In this document: positions 46,561-55,678 of the stretch, piece after piece
Numbering within the stretch: the stretch's first letter is position 1
How the letters are laid out: the number at the start of each line of letters is the position of its first letter
DNA from: a virus
Lineage: Duplodnaviria > Caudoviricetes
Direction: 5' to 3' (one strand)
Length of the DNA: 58,644 bases
Virus record (IMG/VR): IMGVR_UViG_3300022895_000130
Location: 1 to 58,644 of that record
Position numbers and translations under genes: made by a program
The notes under the pieces: generated by a model
The model's database searches: none
The model's input: the letters and a program-made list of their open reading frames with translations, nothing else
Told to the model about the DNA's origin: nothing

Positions 46561-46779
46561 ATGCATTTGAAAACTGAAGTAGCTGCCAATGGCAAAACAA
46601 TTGTTGCCGGCATCGGTGTTGGGTTGGCCTCCAGCCAGATGCTGGTCTCAGCTGAGAAATTTGGTATCGCGCTGCCGAAAGATTTCGGTAAAGAGTCGCA
46701 GGAAAAAGCCGACCTGCTTGAGCGTCGGCTTTCAAGGCTGGAACAGGCGTTGGGGCTAGAGCCTATTTGTGGCCGTTGA
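46561..46779 (+). CDS. 72-aa protein resembling the gpJ C-terminal (DUF1983-region) segment
   Basis: AAGGAG RBS; VAANGKTIVAGIGVG...SQMLVSAEKFGI matches J VTANGQYVAAGIGLG...SQFLVAADRFAI. Confidence 0.65.
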   Translation: MHLKTEVAANGKTIVAGIGVGLASSQMLVSAEKFGIALPKDFGKESQEKADLLERRLSRLEQALGLEPICGR

Positions 46780-46987
46780 AGAATTGGGTTATGGCCTTCA
46801 CGTCCGGTGCCACGCCAGGTGCCGACGGATAAACTTTGGCCACCTCCAGGGCGTAGTCTTGAGCAGCCTCAATTGCCTCTGTTCCTTGAGCGGCTTTGAG
46901 CTGGCTTGCCAGTCCCGAAACGATGCAGCTAAGGGTAATGATTGAGGATCCAGCGTAATCAAGGGCGTCTTGTAACTGCTTGCTCAT
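46763..46987 (-). CDS. small counter-oriented moron protein
   Basis: AAGGA RBS; 74 aa. Confidence 0.65.
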   Translation of the reverse strand: MSKQLQDALDYAGSSIITLSCIVSGLASQLKAAQGTEAIEAAQDYALEVAKVYPSAPGVAPDVKAITQFFNGHK

Positions 46988-47215
46988 TTTCACTTTCCTT
47001 GCGTTATCCGCGCCGAAATTGGCGCAATCCCAGTCCTTGGGCTTGCAGGCAAAGGACTGGGGAATCCGTTGCGTGAGGGCAAGAGGCTACTATTGGAGGC
47101 AGGAATGGCGTTACTGGGGTTGCATCCACGCTGGATACCTGGACAGCGATTGCGATTGGAGTGGATGGCATGACACGATCAGTGACATAGACATGGTGCC
47201 AGGAGGGTTCAAGAT

Positions 47216-47818
47216 GTGATCAGCGCAGAAGAGAAAAGGAATCTTTGCATTCAAGATATGGGGCCTGTGCTCGGCGCAATGTATTGCGACCTCAACGATC
47301 ATCTTCTAGAAATTCTTTTGGTATGGAGACAATACGAGCAATTGTTTGCAGTAGACCAACAGACGGTTCAACTACTTAACAATTCAGCACCAGCGTTTTT
47401 TGGCGTGGTACAAGCACAGCTATGGGACAGCGTTATGCTTGGAATCTCAAGGTTGACCGATCGCCCCGTTAGCTTCGGAAATAAAACGTTATCGATCCAA
47501 GCTCTTCCAGACTTGATCAACGACGTACAAGTCAAGGCCGCGGTCGAAAATGCCATAAGGCAAGCAATCAGCGATGCTGAATTTGCAAGAGCTCACCGGA
47601 ACAAGCGAATAGCACACAATGATCTGGTCCACGTACAGGACTCCGCGGGCAATGCATTACCGGGCGCAAGCCGGGCGAAAATTGAAGCGGGCCTAAAATC
47701 GATCATCACTGTGCTGGAGATTTTAAATGGGCATTATCGGGAATCGACGATGCTTTACGACGATATGATCTCTGATGGCGGTGCCGCACGACTGGTTTAT
47801 TTATTGCGGAAGGCGTGA
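47216..47818 (+). CDS. HEPN domain protein (AbiU2-like)
   Basis: LLN..AP.FF..VQ, ISRLTD, RNKRIAH HEPN motif; GGAGG RBS. Confidence 0.8.
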   Translation: MISAEEKRNLCIQDMGPVLGAMYCDLNDHLLEILLVWRQYEQLFAVDQQTVQLLNNSAPAFFGVVQAQLWDSVMLGISRLTDRPVSFGNKTLSIQALPDLINDVQVKAAVENAIRQAISDAEFARAHRNKRIAHNDLVHVQDSAGNALPGASRAKIEAGLKSIITVLEILNGHYRESTMLYDDMISDGGAARLVYLLRKA

Positions 47819-47835
47819 GATGCAGTATGTAAAAT

Positions 47836-47858
47836 CCCGGCCCAGTGCCGGGCTTTTT
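47836..47858 (+). terminator. rho-independent terminator after the HEPN gene
   Basis: CCCGGC-CCAGT-GCCGGGCTTTTT. Confidence 0.8.
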
Positions 47859-47912
47859 CATTTCCGTCCAGCCCAGTGATATCGTTCACCCTTTCCCACA
47901 GGAGTGACCTGC

Positions 47913-48311
47913 ATGAAATTGATCGTAGGAGCGCTGGCGGTAGCGCTGTTGGCTGGGTGTGCGACTTCGCCGGTGCCGTCTGGAGAGGCTGACCCTGTGC
48001 CGAGCTCGCGCCTGTATGCGTATCAGAAGCCGGCCTCCGGTGACGCAGTCTTGATCGTTACCCGTGATTCCGGCTTTGTCGGTAGCGGCTGCAACACATC
48101 CGTGAGCATCAACGGGCGAAAAGCTGCCGAGATTGGTTCTGGTGAAACTGCAACGTTCTACGTCGCCGCCGGTGAGCACATCGTCGGCGCATCATCATGC
48201 GGTAGCGGGCTTAAAGAGCGAGAAGCCAACATAAAGACTGGTGCCACCAAGAAATTCAGGATATCCATCGACTCATCAATGAGCATGGATTTATCACCCA
48301 CAATGCAATGA
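47913..48311 (+). CDS. lipoprotein (moron)
   Basis: MKLIVGALAVALLAG-C lipobox; AGGAG RBS; terminator at 48315-48337. Confidence 0.85.
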   Translation: MKLIVGALAVALLAGCATSPVPSGEADPVPSSRLYAYQKPASGDAVLIVTRDSGFVGSGCNTSVSINGRKAAEIGSGETATFYVAAGEHIVGASSCGSGLKEREANIKTGATKKFRISIDSSMSMDLSPTMQ

Positions 48312-48353
48312 CAAAGCCGCCCACGGGCGGTTTTTTTATGACCGGAGAGAGCT

Positions 48354-48944
48354 GTGGCAGCGACGGCAAGCAACAATTCAGCCATGACAACCATTCTTCT
48401 ATCAGGCCCCCTTATCAAGCTGTTTGGTCGAGTCCATCATCGCGAGCTTGGCAGCAAGTCTGTGGGCGAGGCATTCAAAGCGCTGAAGTGTACGATCGAA
48501 GGATTCGAAGGTGCCATTAAGGATCTTGAACGGAAAGGAATGCGCTTTGCGATTTTCAGAAACCGGAAAAACGTGGCTGAAAAAGACTTCGGTCTCGGCG
48601 GTACCCATGAGATTCGTATCGTCCCCGTCATTTCCGGTAGCAAGCGAGCAGGCCTTCTCCAAACGATCATTGGCGCAGTTCTGGTCGTGGCCGGCTCGTA
48701 CTTCGGCCAGCCCTGGGCTGTGCAGTTGGGTGCTGGACTGGTGGCTGGTGGTGTGATTCAGATGCTCAGCCCTCAAGCGAAGGGACTCAAGCAAAGCGCA
48801 TCCCCCGAGAACGCACCGTCCTACGCCTTCGGCAGCGCCAAGAACACCACGGCCAGCGGCAACCCTGCGCCGATCTGCATCGGCGATCGCCGGTGGGGCG
48901 GGATGATCATCTCGGCCTCGATCCTGGCCGAAGACAAAGTGTAA
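48354..48944 (+). CDS. tail assembly protein I
   Basis: IRIVPVI.GSK..G..QTI.G, PSYAF...NTTA.GNP.P. Confidence 0.9.
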   Translation: MAATASNNSAMTTILLSGPLIKLFGRVHHRELGSKSVGEAFKALKCTIEGFEGAIKDLERKGMRFAIFRNRKNVAEKDFGLGGTHEIRIVPVISGSKRAGLLQTIIGAVLVVAGSYFGQPWAVQLGAGLVAGGVIQMLSPQAKGLKQSASPENAPSYAFGSAKNTTASGNPAPICIGDRRWGGMIISASILAEDKV

Positions 48945-49002
48945 GCAGGACAGCAGAACACCAACCGCCCGTGAGGCGGTTTTTTTATGCCTGGAGGAAA
49001 GC

Positions 49003-52000
49003 ATGGGCGCAGCGGAACAGATGGAAATCCACGGCGAAAAGGGCGGCAGCAGTAAGCCGAAGTCGCCGGTCGAAGCCAGCGACAGCCTGCGCTCGACCAA
49101 CCTCGCCAAGCTGCTGATCGCCGTGGGCGAGGGCGAGTTTGACGGCGTACCGACCGAATACGACATCTACCTGGACAACACGCCGATTCGTGATGCTAGC
49201 GGCAATTACAACTTCCCGGGTGTGAAGTGGGACTGGCGCCCGGGTTCGGTGAACCAGTCGTACATCCCGGGCATTCCAGCCGTTGAAAACGAGACTTCGC
49301 TGAACGTCGAGCTGCGCAGTGATGCACTGTGGGTGCGCTCGATCACCAACACCCAACTTTCAGCCGTGCGGATGCGTCTGGCCTGGCCGGCGCTGCAGCG
49401 GGCAGACGACCAGGGCAATGTCGGCGGCTACCGGATCGAATACGCCATCGACGTGGCCACCGACGGCGGCGCCTACCAGCAGGTGTTGGTGGACGCGGTC
49501 GACGGCAAGACCACCACGCGCTACGAGCGCTCGCGTCGCATCGATCTGCCGGACGCCACCACCGGCTGGCAGATCCGCGTGCGCCGCCTGACGCCTAACC
49601 AGAACAGCAACAAGATCGCCGACACCATGCTGGTGGCCGGTTACACCGAGGTGATCGACGCCAAACTGCGCTACCCGAACACCGCTTTGCTCTACATCGA
49701 ATTCGACGCCGAGCAGTTCACCAACATCCCGGCCGTGACCGTGAAGTGCAAGGCCCGGCGCTGGATGGTGCCGAGCAACTACGACCCGATCCTGCGCAGC
49801 TACACCGGGACGTGGGATGGCTCGATGAAGTCAGCCTGGACCAACAACCCGGCGTGGATCACCTACGGCATCTGCACCAACGAAATGTTCGGTCTGGGCA
49901 AGCGCATCAAGCCGTTCATGGTCGACAAGTGGGAGCTGTACCGGATTGCCCAGTACTGCGACCAGATGGTGCCGAACGGCCTGGGCGGATTGGAGCCTCG
50001 CTTCCTGTGTGACATGAATCTTCAGGGCAAGGCCGATGCCTGGTCGTTGCTGCGCGACATCTCCGCGATTTACCGAGGCATGACCTACTGGGCTCAAGGC
50101 CAGCTGGTGATGCAGGCCGACATGCCGCGCGCGCAGGACTTCGACTACGTCTTCACCCGGGCCAACGTCATCGACGGGAAGTTCTCGTACGGCAGCGCGT
50201 CGGCGAAAACTCGGTACACGCGAGCGCTGGTCAGCTACGACAACCCGGCGAACAACTACGACACTGACGTCATTCCGTTTGCCGACCTCGAGCTGCAGCG
50301 TCGCTACGGCGATCGGCCGACCGAGCTAAGCGCGATTGGCTGCACCCGCGCGTCCGAGGCCCAGCGCCGGGGCAAGTGGGCGATCCTCAGCAACAACCAA
50401 GACCGCACCGTGTCGTTCAAGACAGGCATGGAAGGCGTGATCCCGTTGCCAGGTCACATCATCCCGGTGGCGGACTCGCTGCTGGCTGGGCGGGAGGTTG
50501 GTGGACGGATCTCGACGGCGTCCGGCCGCGTGGTGACGCTCGACCGTGACACCCTGGCCAAGGCCGGTGATCGGTTGATCATCAACCTGCCCGGCGGTCG
50601 TGCCGAAGGCCGGACCGTGCAAAGCGTAAACGGCCGCGCCGTGACGGTCACCACGAACTACAGCGAGCCACCGATCGCGCAGCTGCAATGGGCACTGGAT
50701 GCCAACGACCTGGCGATTCCGCTGTACCGCGTGTTGCGCACTAAGCGCACCACCGAGGGCGACTTTGAAATCAGCGCGCTCCAGTACGACCCGAGCAAGT
50801 TCGCCTACATCGACACCGGTGCCCGCCTGGAGGAGCGGCCAATCAGCGTAATCCCGATCACGGTGGTTCCGGCTCCGGCTAGCGTGACACTGGTATCGAC
50901 CTCGTCGGTCGTTCAAGGCCTGGCGGTAGCCACCATGACCATCAGTTGGCCAGCCGTTCCGCGCGCTGTCGGCTATGACGTGGAATGGCGCAAGGACAGT
51001 GGCAACTGGATCAAGCTCCAGCGCACCGGCATGACCAACGTGGACGTGGTCGGGATTTACGCCGGTGCCTACGTGGCCCGTGTCCGAGCGGTCAGCGCGT
51101 TCGATATCACATCGATCTGGCGCAACTCGATCCTGACCAACCTCAGTGGCAAGCAGGGTCTGCCGCCGGCGCTCAGTTACCTGACGGCGACGCCGCTGCT
51201 GTTCGGGATCTACTTGAAATGGGGTTTCCCTGCCGGCGCCGAGGATAGCCAAAGGACGGAAATCTGGTACAGCCAGACCACAGACCTTGAGGCCGCGACA
51301 AAACTGACCGACCTGGCGTACCCACAGAGCGATTTTTCCATGCTCGGCCTGCGCGCTGGCGTGACGTTCTACTTCTGGGGGCGGATCGTCGACAAGATCG
51401 GCAACATCGGGCCGTGGTATCCGATTGGCATCGGCGTGCAAGGCCAGTCGAGCTCTGACGCGGCGGCGATTCTGGAAATGATCGCCGGCGAAATCGGTCG
51501 CACCGAACTGGGTCAGGACATCCTTGACGAAATCGACAAGATCCCGGGGTTGCAGGCGCAGATCGATGCGCTGGATGCGCTCAAGGGTTACGACCCGCAG
51601 GAGACCTACGAGGAATATGACCTGGTTGTGGTGGGCAAGCGGATCTATCAGGCGATCGGCCCTGTGCCGCTCGACACACCACCGCCGAACCCGACGTACT
51701 GGCTTGATGTCGGGCAAACCGTGCAGGCGGCGAACGGACTTGCTCAGCAGGTCGCTACCAACACCTCCGATATCACCGAGCTCGACGGCGTGGTCACCGC
51801 GCAGGCGACTTCGTTTCAGGCGCTGCGCGCATCCTACCGCGATGACAGTGGCGAGGGTGACGCGCAGGATGCTCTACGCGGCTGGAATGCTACGACCAGC
51901 TTTGCCGAAGAGGTGAAGGTCCGGGCCACGCAAAACAGTGCCCTGACCCAGCGCGTGACCACGCTCGATGCCGAAGTGGGTGAAAACGCCGCAAACCTCA

Positions 52001-52566
52001 CCGAGCTAGAACAAACAGTCGCCACCAACGAAGAAGCCACGGCCACCAAGATCACGCAGTTGACCGCGACGGTTGGCGAAAACACCTCAGCCATTCAGGA
52101 AACGGCCGAGGCATTCGCGGATCTGGACGGCAACCTCAAGACGATGTGGTCGGTGAAGATGTCGGTCACTGCGAATGGTCAGTACGTGGCGGCCGGCATC
52201 GGCTTGGGCATCGAGAACGTGAACGGTGTTTTCCAGAGCCAGTTCCTGGTGGCTGCTGATCGGTTCGCCATCGTCAACACGATTGCCGGCGGCGCGATCT
52301 CGGTTCCGTTCGCGGTTCAGGGTGGCCAGGTGTTCATGAATTCGGCCTTCATCGCCGACGGCACGATCACCAATGCGAAGATCGGCAGCTACATCAGCTC
52401 GACCAACTACATCGCCGGCGTGCAAGGCTGGATTCTCAACAAAGACGGAACGCTGGAGATCAACGGCATCGTCCCAGGCCAGGGGCGGCTGGTGATCAAC
52501 TCGCTCAACGTCTCGGTCTACGACGCCAATAACGTGCTGCGTGTCCGTCTCGGCTACTTGGGGTGA
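49003..52566 (+). CDS. central tail fibre / host specificity protein J
   Basis: 1187 aa; GEGE, YPNTAL, WTNNPAW, FN3-like region, AGIGLG...QSQFLV.ADRFA, G.ITNAKIG. Confidence 0.93.
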   Translation: MGAAEQMEIHGEKGGSSKPKSPVEASDSLRSTNLAKLLIAVGEGEFDGVPTEYDIYLDNTPIRDASGNYNFPGVKWDWRPGSVNQSYIPGIPAVENETSLNVELRSDALWVRSITNTQLSAVRMRLAWPALQRADDQGNVGGYRIEYAIDVATDGGAYQQVLVDAVDGKTTTRYERSRRIDLPDATTGWQIRVRRLTPNQNSNKIADTMLVAGYTEVIDAKLRYPNTALLYIEFDAEQFTNIPAVTVKCKARRWMVPSNYDPILRSYTGTWDGSMKSAWTNNPAWITYGICTNEMFGLGKRIKPFMVDKWELYRIAQYCDQMVPNGLGGLEPRFLCDMNLQGKADAWSLLRDISAIYRGMTYWAQGQLVMQADMPRAQDFDYVFTRANVIDGKFSYGSASAKTRYTRALVSYDNPANNYDTDVIPFADLELQRRYGDRPTELSAIGCTRASEAQRRGKWAILSNNQDRTVSFKTGMEGVIPLPGHIIPVADSLLAGREVGGRISTASGRVVTLDRDTLAKAGDRLIINLPGGRAEGRTVQSVNGRAVTVTTNYSEPPIAQLQWALDANDLAIPLYRVLRTKRTTEGDFEISALQYDPSKFAYIDTGARLEERPISVIPITVVPAPASVTLVSTSSVVQGLAVATMTISWPAVPRAVGYDVEWRKDSGNWIKLQRTGMTNVDVVGIYAGAYVARVRAVSAFDITSIWRNSILTNLSGKQGLPPALSYLTATPLLFGIYLKWGFPAGAEDSQRTEIWYSQTTDLEAATKLTDLAYPQSDFSMLGLRAGVTFYFWGRIVDKIGNIGPWYPIGIGVQGQSSSDAAAILEMIAGEIGRTELGQDILDEIDKIPGLQAQIDALDALKGYDPQETYEEYDLVVVGKRIYQAIGPVPLDTPPPNPTYWLDVGQTVQAANGLAQQVATNTSDITELDGVVTAQATSFQALRASYRDDSGEGDAQDALRGWNATTSFAEEVKVRATQNSALTQRVTTLDAEVGENAANLTELEQTVATNEEATATKITQLTATVGENTSAIQETAEAFADLDGNLKTMWSVKMSVTANGQYVAAGIGLGIENVNGVFQSQFLVAADRFAIVNTIAGGAISVPFAVQGGQVFMNSAFIADGTITNAKIGSYISSTNYIAGVQGWILNKDGTLEINGIVPGQGRLVINSLNVSVYDANNVLRVRLGYLG

Positions 52567-52569
52567 ACT

Positions 52570-52893
52570 ATGGCTCATGGAATGAGGGTCTGGGGCGCGG
52601 ATGGCGCGCTCCAGGTCGATGAGAACTCTTTCACCATCAGGGTGTTGTTCTCGACGCTCGTTACCTTTGCTCTTGGGGCGAACAAAGGGAATCAGGATTT
52701 CTCGGTTCCCGGCGTTAGTCCGAGCAACGGAACGGCAATCGTGGTTCCCATCGGCGCATACACCGACTCGCAAATGCAATTTGAAACCGAAGTCCTCGAC
52801 GGCTTGGTGCGTGTGTACAACCACACGCGCACCTACGCAGCGAGCTTCACGTCGGCCGGCACTATGCGCTTAATCGTAATGAGGTGGGGTTGA
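52570..52893 (+). CDS. tail tip accessory protein
   Basis: M.HG.RVW...G.LQ.D start typical of post-J genes. Confidence 0.65.
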   Translation: MAHGMRVWGADGALQVDENSFTIRVLFSTLVTFALGANKGNQDFSVPGVSPSNGTAIVVPIGAYTDSQMQFETEVLDGLVRVYNHTRTYAASFTSAGTMRLIVMRWG

Positions 52894-53576
52894 TGGCTTC
52901 TTTTGGGCTCCAATACACCAACAACACCAACACAGTGGTCATCGATTCCGAGTTCGCCAGGCTGATGGTGATTTCCACTGGACGTTTCGCGCCGACGGAA
53001 GAGGGCGGGCTTGGGTCGACAACCTATTTCGTCCGGCCCGTGACGTCTCAGGAACCGCCGCTGGTCTTTGTTCGGCCCGATACCGTCGGTGGGGTTGCCG
53101 GCCTGTGCCGGATGCGCCTGATCGGATCGGCGGGTAACTGGGTTGGGTTTTATGTCCGGGCGTACGACGCCAACACCGCGCAGCCGAACGGGCGCTACTT
53201 CGTTGCAGCGTTCGCGGCGCAGCCAGTCGCGCAGTACGGCATGCGGCTTTGGGACGGCGCGGGGCAGCTGTTGTTCGATTCTGGAACACCGAACGCAACA
53301 TTCACGCGAGCATTCCAAAACTGGTCATATGTGAAGTCGGATATGACCGCGCAAGGCCTGTACCGAAACTATTACTCGGTGCCGTTCAACTTTCCACAAA
53401 ACGAATACCTGCTGATCAACAACTTTGGAATGGCAATGACCGCAGGTAGTGCTGTTCCTCGTGATCTGAGTTGCTGGTGGGACTTTCCCAACGCCACGCT
53501 ATACGCGGTTACGGTGGCTGTTTCGAATCCTTTTGCCTTCTTCCTGCCTGCAGTCTTCGCAAAAATTGCCGCTTAA
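52893..53576 (+). CDS. tail tip accessory protein
   Basis: FGL..N....VIDS, YGMRLWD..G.LLFDS. Confidence 0.65.
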   Translation: MASFGLQYTNNTNTVVIDSEFARLMVISTGRFAPTEEGGLGSTTYFVRPVTSQEPPLVFVRPDTVGGVAGLCRMRLIGSAGNWVGFYVRAYDANTAQPNGRYFVAAFAAQPVAQYGMRLWDGAGQLLFDSGTPNATFTRAFQNWSYVKSDMTAQGLYRNYYSVPFNFPQNEYLLINNFGMAMTAGSAVPRDLSCWWDFPNATLYAVTVAVSNPFAFFLPAVFAKIAA

Positions 53577-53597
53577 CCCTTAAACAAGGAAATATCC

Positions 53598-54860
53598 ATG
53601 TCCTGGTACAAATCGGGAACGGTTTCTGTCGCCCAAAATTCCAATGCGGTACTCGGCGTCGGCACGGCCTTCATCGCGAATGGTCGGGTCGGTGATGCGT
53701 GGATCGGCCCAGACAGTGGGCTGTATGAGGTCACCAACATTGCGAGCGACACCGCGCTATCGATTTCGCCGCCGTACAAAGGTGTCACCGTCACCGAAGG
53801 CAATTACGCCTTGGCGCCGATGCAGGGTTACTTGAAAGACACCGCTGACGCGCTCCGACAGGCTTCTCTTGAGGTTGGGGGTGCGCTTGATGGGCTGGAA
53901 GAAAGTGTGCAGTCGGCATCTGAATCGGCCGCTGCTGCGCTTTCATCCAAAAATGCTGCCGCGCTTTCAGCAGCCAGTGCAGTGGATTCGGCGGCCGGGG
54001 CCCTAGCTTCGAAAAATTCTTCTGCTGCATCCGAGGGGAATGCAGCCAGTTCAGCCGGTGCAGCACTAAGCTCGAAGAATGCTGCCGGCATATCTGAAAT
54101 TAACGCAGGTCAGTCGGCCGGGGCTGCCCTTGCATCGAAGAACGCGGCAGCGGTCTCTGAAACGAATGCCGCCGCTTCTGCCGCGACGGCGGCCGCATTG
54201 GGCGTCGGCCGGGGCTACATCGACGGGCTGACACTCAGCTGGGTTTCTGCGACGTCCATCAGCGTGGGAGCGGGCAGCGCTTACATTCCCTCGGTTAGCA
54301 AGGTTGTCAGTTATGCAGGCGGCACGTTCACGCCGTCTGGCGCCGCCAATAGCTTCATTCACATCTACCTGACTGCTGCCGGAGATATCGAGCAGGCCGC
54401 CACGGTGCCGTTGCGCTACTACAACCAGGCACACCAGAAAACTGGAGACAACTCACGCCGTTACATTGGCTCTCTGCTGGTTGGTGCGGCGAACAACGTT
54501 TACAAGTTTCACCATCACCCGCTCGATTCATCGATGAGCTACACATTCGGCAACCCATCGATTGCACCATTCCGGATTCTCAACGGGGTAACGGGGATTG
54601 GCAGCGTCAGCGCCTCGGCGAGCTGCCCACCGACTGCCCACACCCTGATTGGCTCTTTCCAGACAAACGCAGGCGGGATCGCGCAGTTCACGCCGTCCGA
54701 CGCACTCACCTCTGTAAGCACTGGCTGGCAGGTTTTTGTGTCCGCAGGCACGGTTCAGACCGGGAGCTGCCGAATCGCCGATGACCGGACGATTTCCTAT
54801 TACACCTCTTCGTCAAACCTGGCCTACATCTACACGCTTGGCTACTACTTCGACAGGTAA
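53598..54860 (+). CDS. side tail fibre protein
   Basis: MSWYK.GTVSV..NS..V.G.GT.F N-terminus; Ala/Ser 21-aa repeats; variable C-terminus. Confidence 0.85.
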   Translation: MSWYKSGTVSVAQNSNAVLGVGTAFIANGRVGDAWIGPDSGLYEVTNIASDTALSISPPYKGVTVTEGNYALAPMQGYLKDTADALRQASLEVGGALDGLEESVQSASESAAAALSSKNAAALSAASAVDSAAGALASKNSSAASEGNAASSAGAALSSKNAAGISEINAGQSAGAALASKNAAAVSETNAAASAATAAALGVGRGYIDGLTLSWVSATSISVGAGSAYIPSVSKVVSYAGGTFTPSGAANSFIHIYLTAAGDIEQAATVPLRYYNQAHQKTGDNSRRYIGSLLVGAANNVYKFHHHPLDSSMSYTFGNPSIAPFRILNGVTGIGSVSASASCPPTAHTLIGSFQTNAGGIAQFTPSDALTSVSTGWQVFVSAGTVQTGSCRIADDRTISYYTSSSNLAYIYTLGYYFDR

Positions 54861-54865
54861 CGAAA

Positions 54866-55201
54866 ATGCCATATGCAATTACAGTCACCGGCTGGAGAGC
54901 GATCAACCCGGACATGGAATTGTTGGAGGGGGAGACATTCGCCGACGAGATCCCGCAGTGGCTTGCTGATGCAAGCGCTGCGGCGGATGCCCAGCGCGAA
55001 GACGCGCGCATCGAGGATGGATGGCGAGCTGCTGAGATTTTGGAGATCAACGATCAGTTGATGGCTCTGGAGGAGGGCGCAGTGGCTCTTCCTGGTACGC
55101 GTGAACAGTGGCTGGCCTACCGAACTCGGGTCAGGAACTGGAAGGAAGGGGCCGAGGGATTTCCTGAGCCAGCCAACAGGCCGCGGCGACCATTCGCTTA
55201 A
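54866..55201 (+). CDS. tail fibre assembly chaperone
   Basis: WR..E, W.AYR..VR.W.....FP....RP.RP. Confidence 0.8.
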   Translation: MPYAITVTGWRAINPDMELLEGETFADEIPQWLADASAAADAQREDARIEDGWRAAEILEINDQLMALEEGAVALPGTREQWLAYRTRVRNWKEGAEGFPEPANRPRRPFA

Positions 55202-55211
55202 ACCACCCCGT

Positions 55212-55238
55212 AACCCGCCATTGAGCGGGTATTTTTTT
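55212..55238 (+). terminator. terminator-like hairpin
   Basis: ACCCGC-CATTGA-GCGGGT followed by ATTTTTTT. Confidence 0.7.
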
Positions 55239-55252
55239 GTCTGGAGAACTGT

Positions 55253-55678
55253 ATGCCTGTTACTGAAAAAGACCGAGATGTCCTTGCGCGCACTCTGTGG
55301 GGGGAGGCCCGCGGTGAGAGCCTGGCTGGCCAGATCGCCGTGGCCTGGACAATTCGCAACCGTGTAAACGATGGCAAGGCCTATTCGTGGTGGGGCGAAG
55401 GGTACGCCGGCGTTTGCCAGAAGCCGTACCAGTTCAGTTGCTGGAACAAGAACGACCCGAACTTCCCATTCTTGAGCGGTGCGCGACAGATCCCTTTCCG
55501 CGAGTTGGCCCAGGCGCGGATTGCCGCTGACCAGGTGATCGACGGCAAGGTTTCAGATCCCACCGGCGGAGCCACGCACTACTACGCGCTCAGCATGAAG
55601 ACTCCGCCAGCCTGGGCGGCGAAGGCAAAGCAGACTCTGAGGTTGGGCGGACACGTGTTCTTCCGGGACGTGCCGTGA
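55253..55678 (+). CDS. endolysin, SleB-like cell wall hydrolase (Hydrolase_2)
   Basis: LARTLWGEARGE...GQIAVA..I.NR, QFSCWN, DPT.GATHY. Confidence 0.92.
   Translation: MPVTEKDRDVLARTLWGEARGESLAGQIAVAWTIRNRVNDGKAYSWWGEGYAGVCQKPYQFSCWNKNDPNFPFLSGARQIPFRELAQARIAADQVIDGKVSDPTGGATHYYALSMKTPPAWAAKAKQTLRLGGHVFFRDVP

Noticed and set aside
50326-51717. Long antisense ORFs (also 42897-44120, 36524-37654, 31332-32474, 24340-25299)
   Set aside because: They shadow well-supported genes in high-GC DNA and have no recognisable motifs.
40187-55230. 19-bp exact repeat at 40187 and 55212 as a recombination site
   Set aside because: Both copies are terminator-like hairpins after genes; reuse of a common terminator is the simpler explanation.
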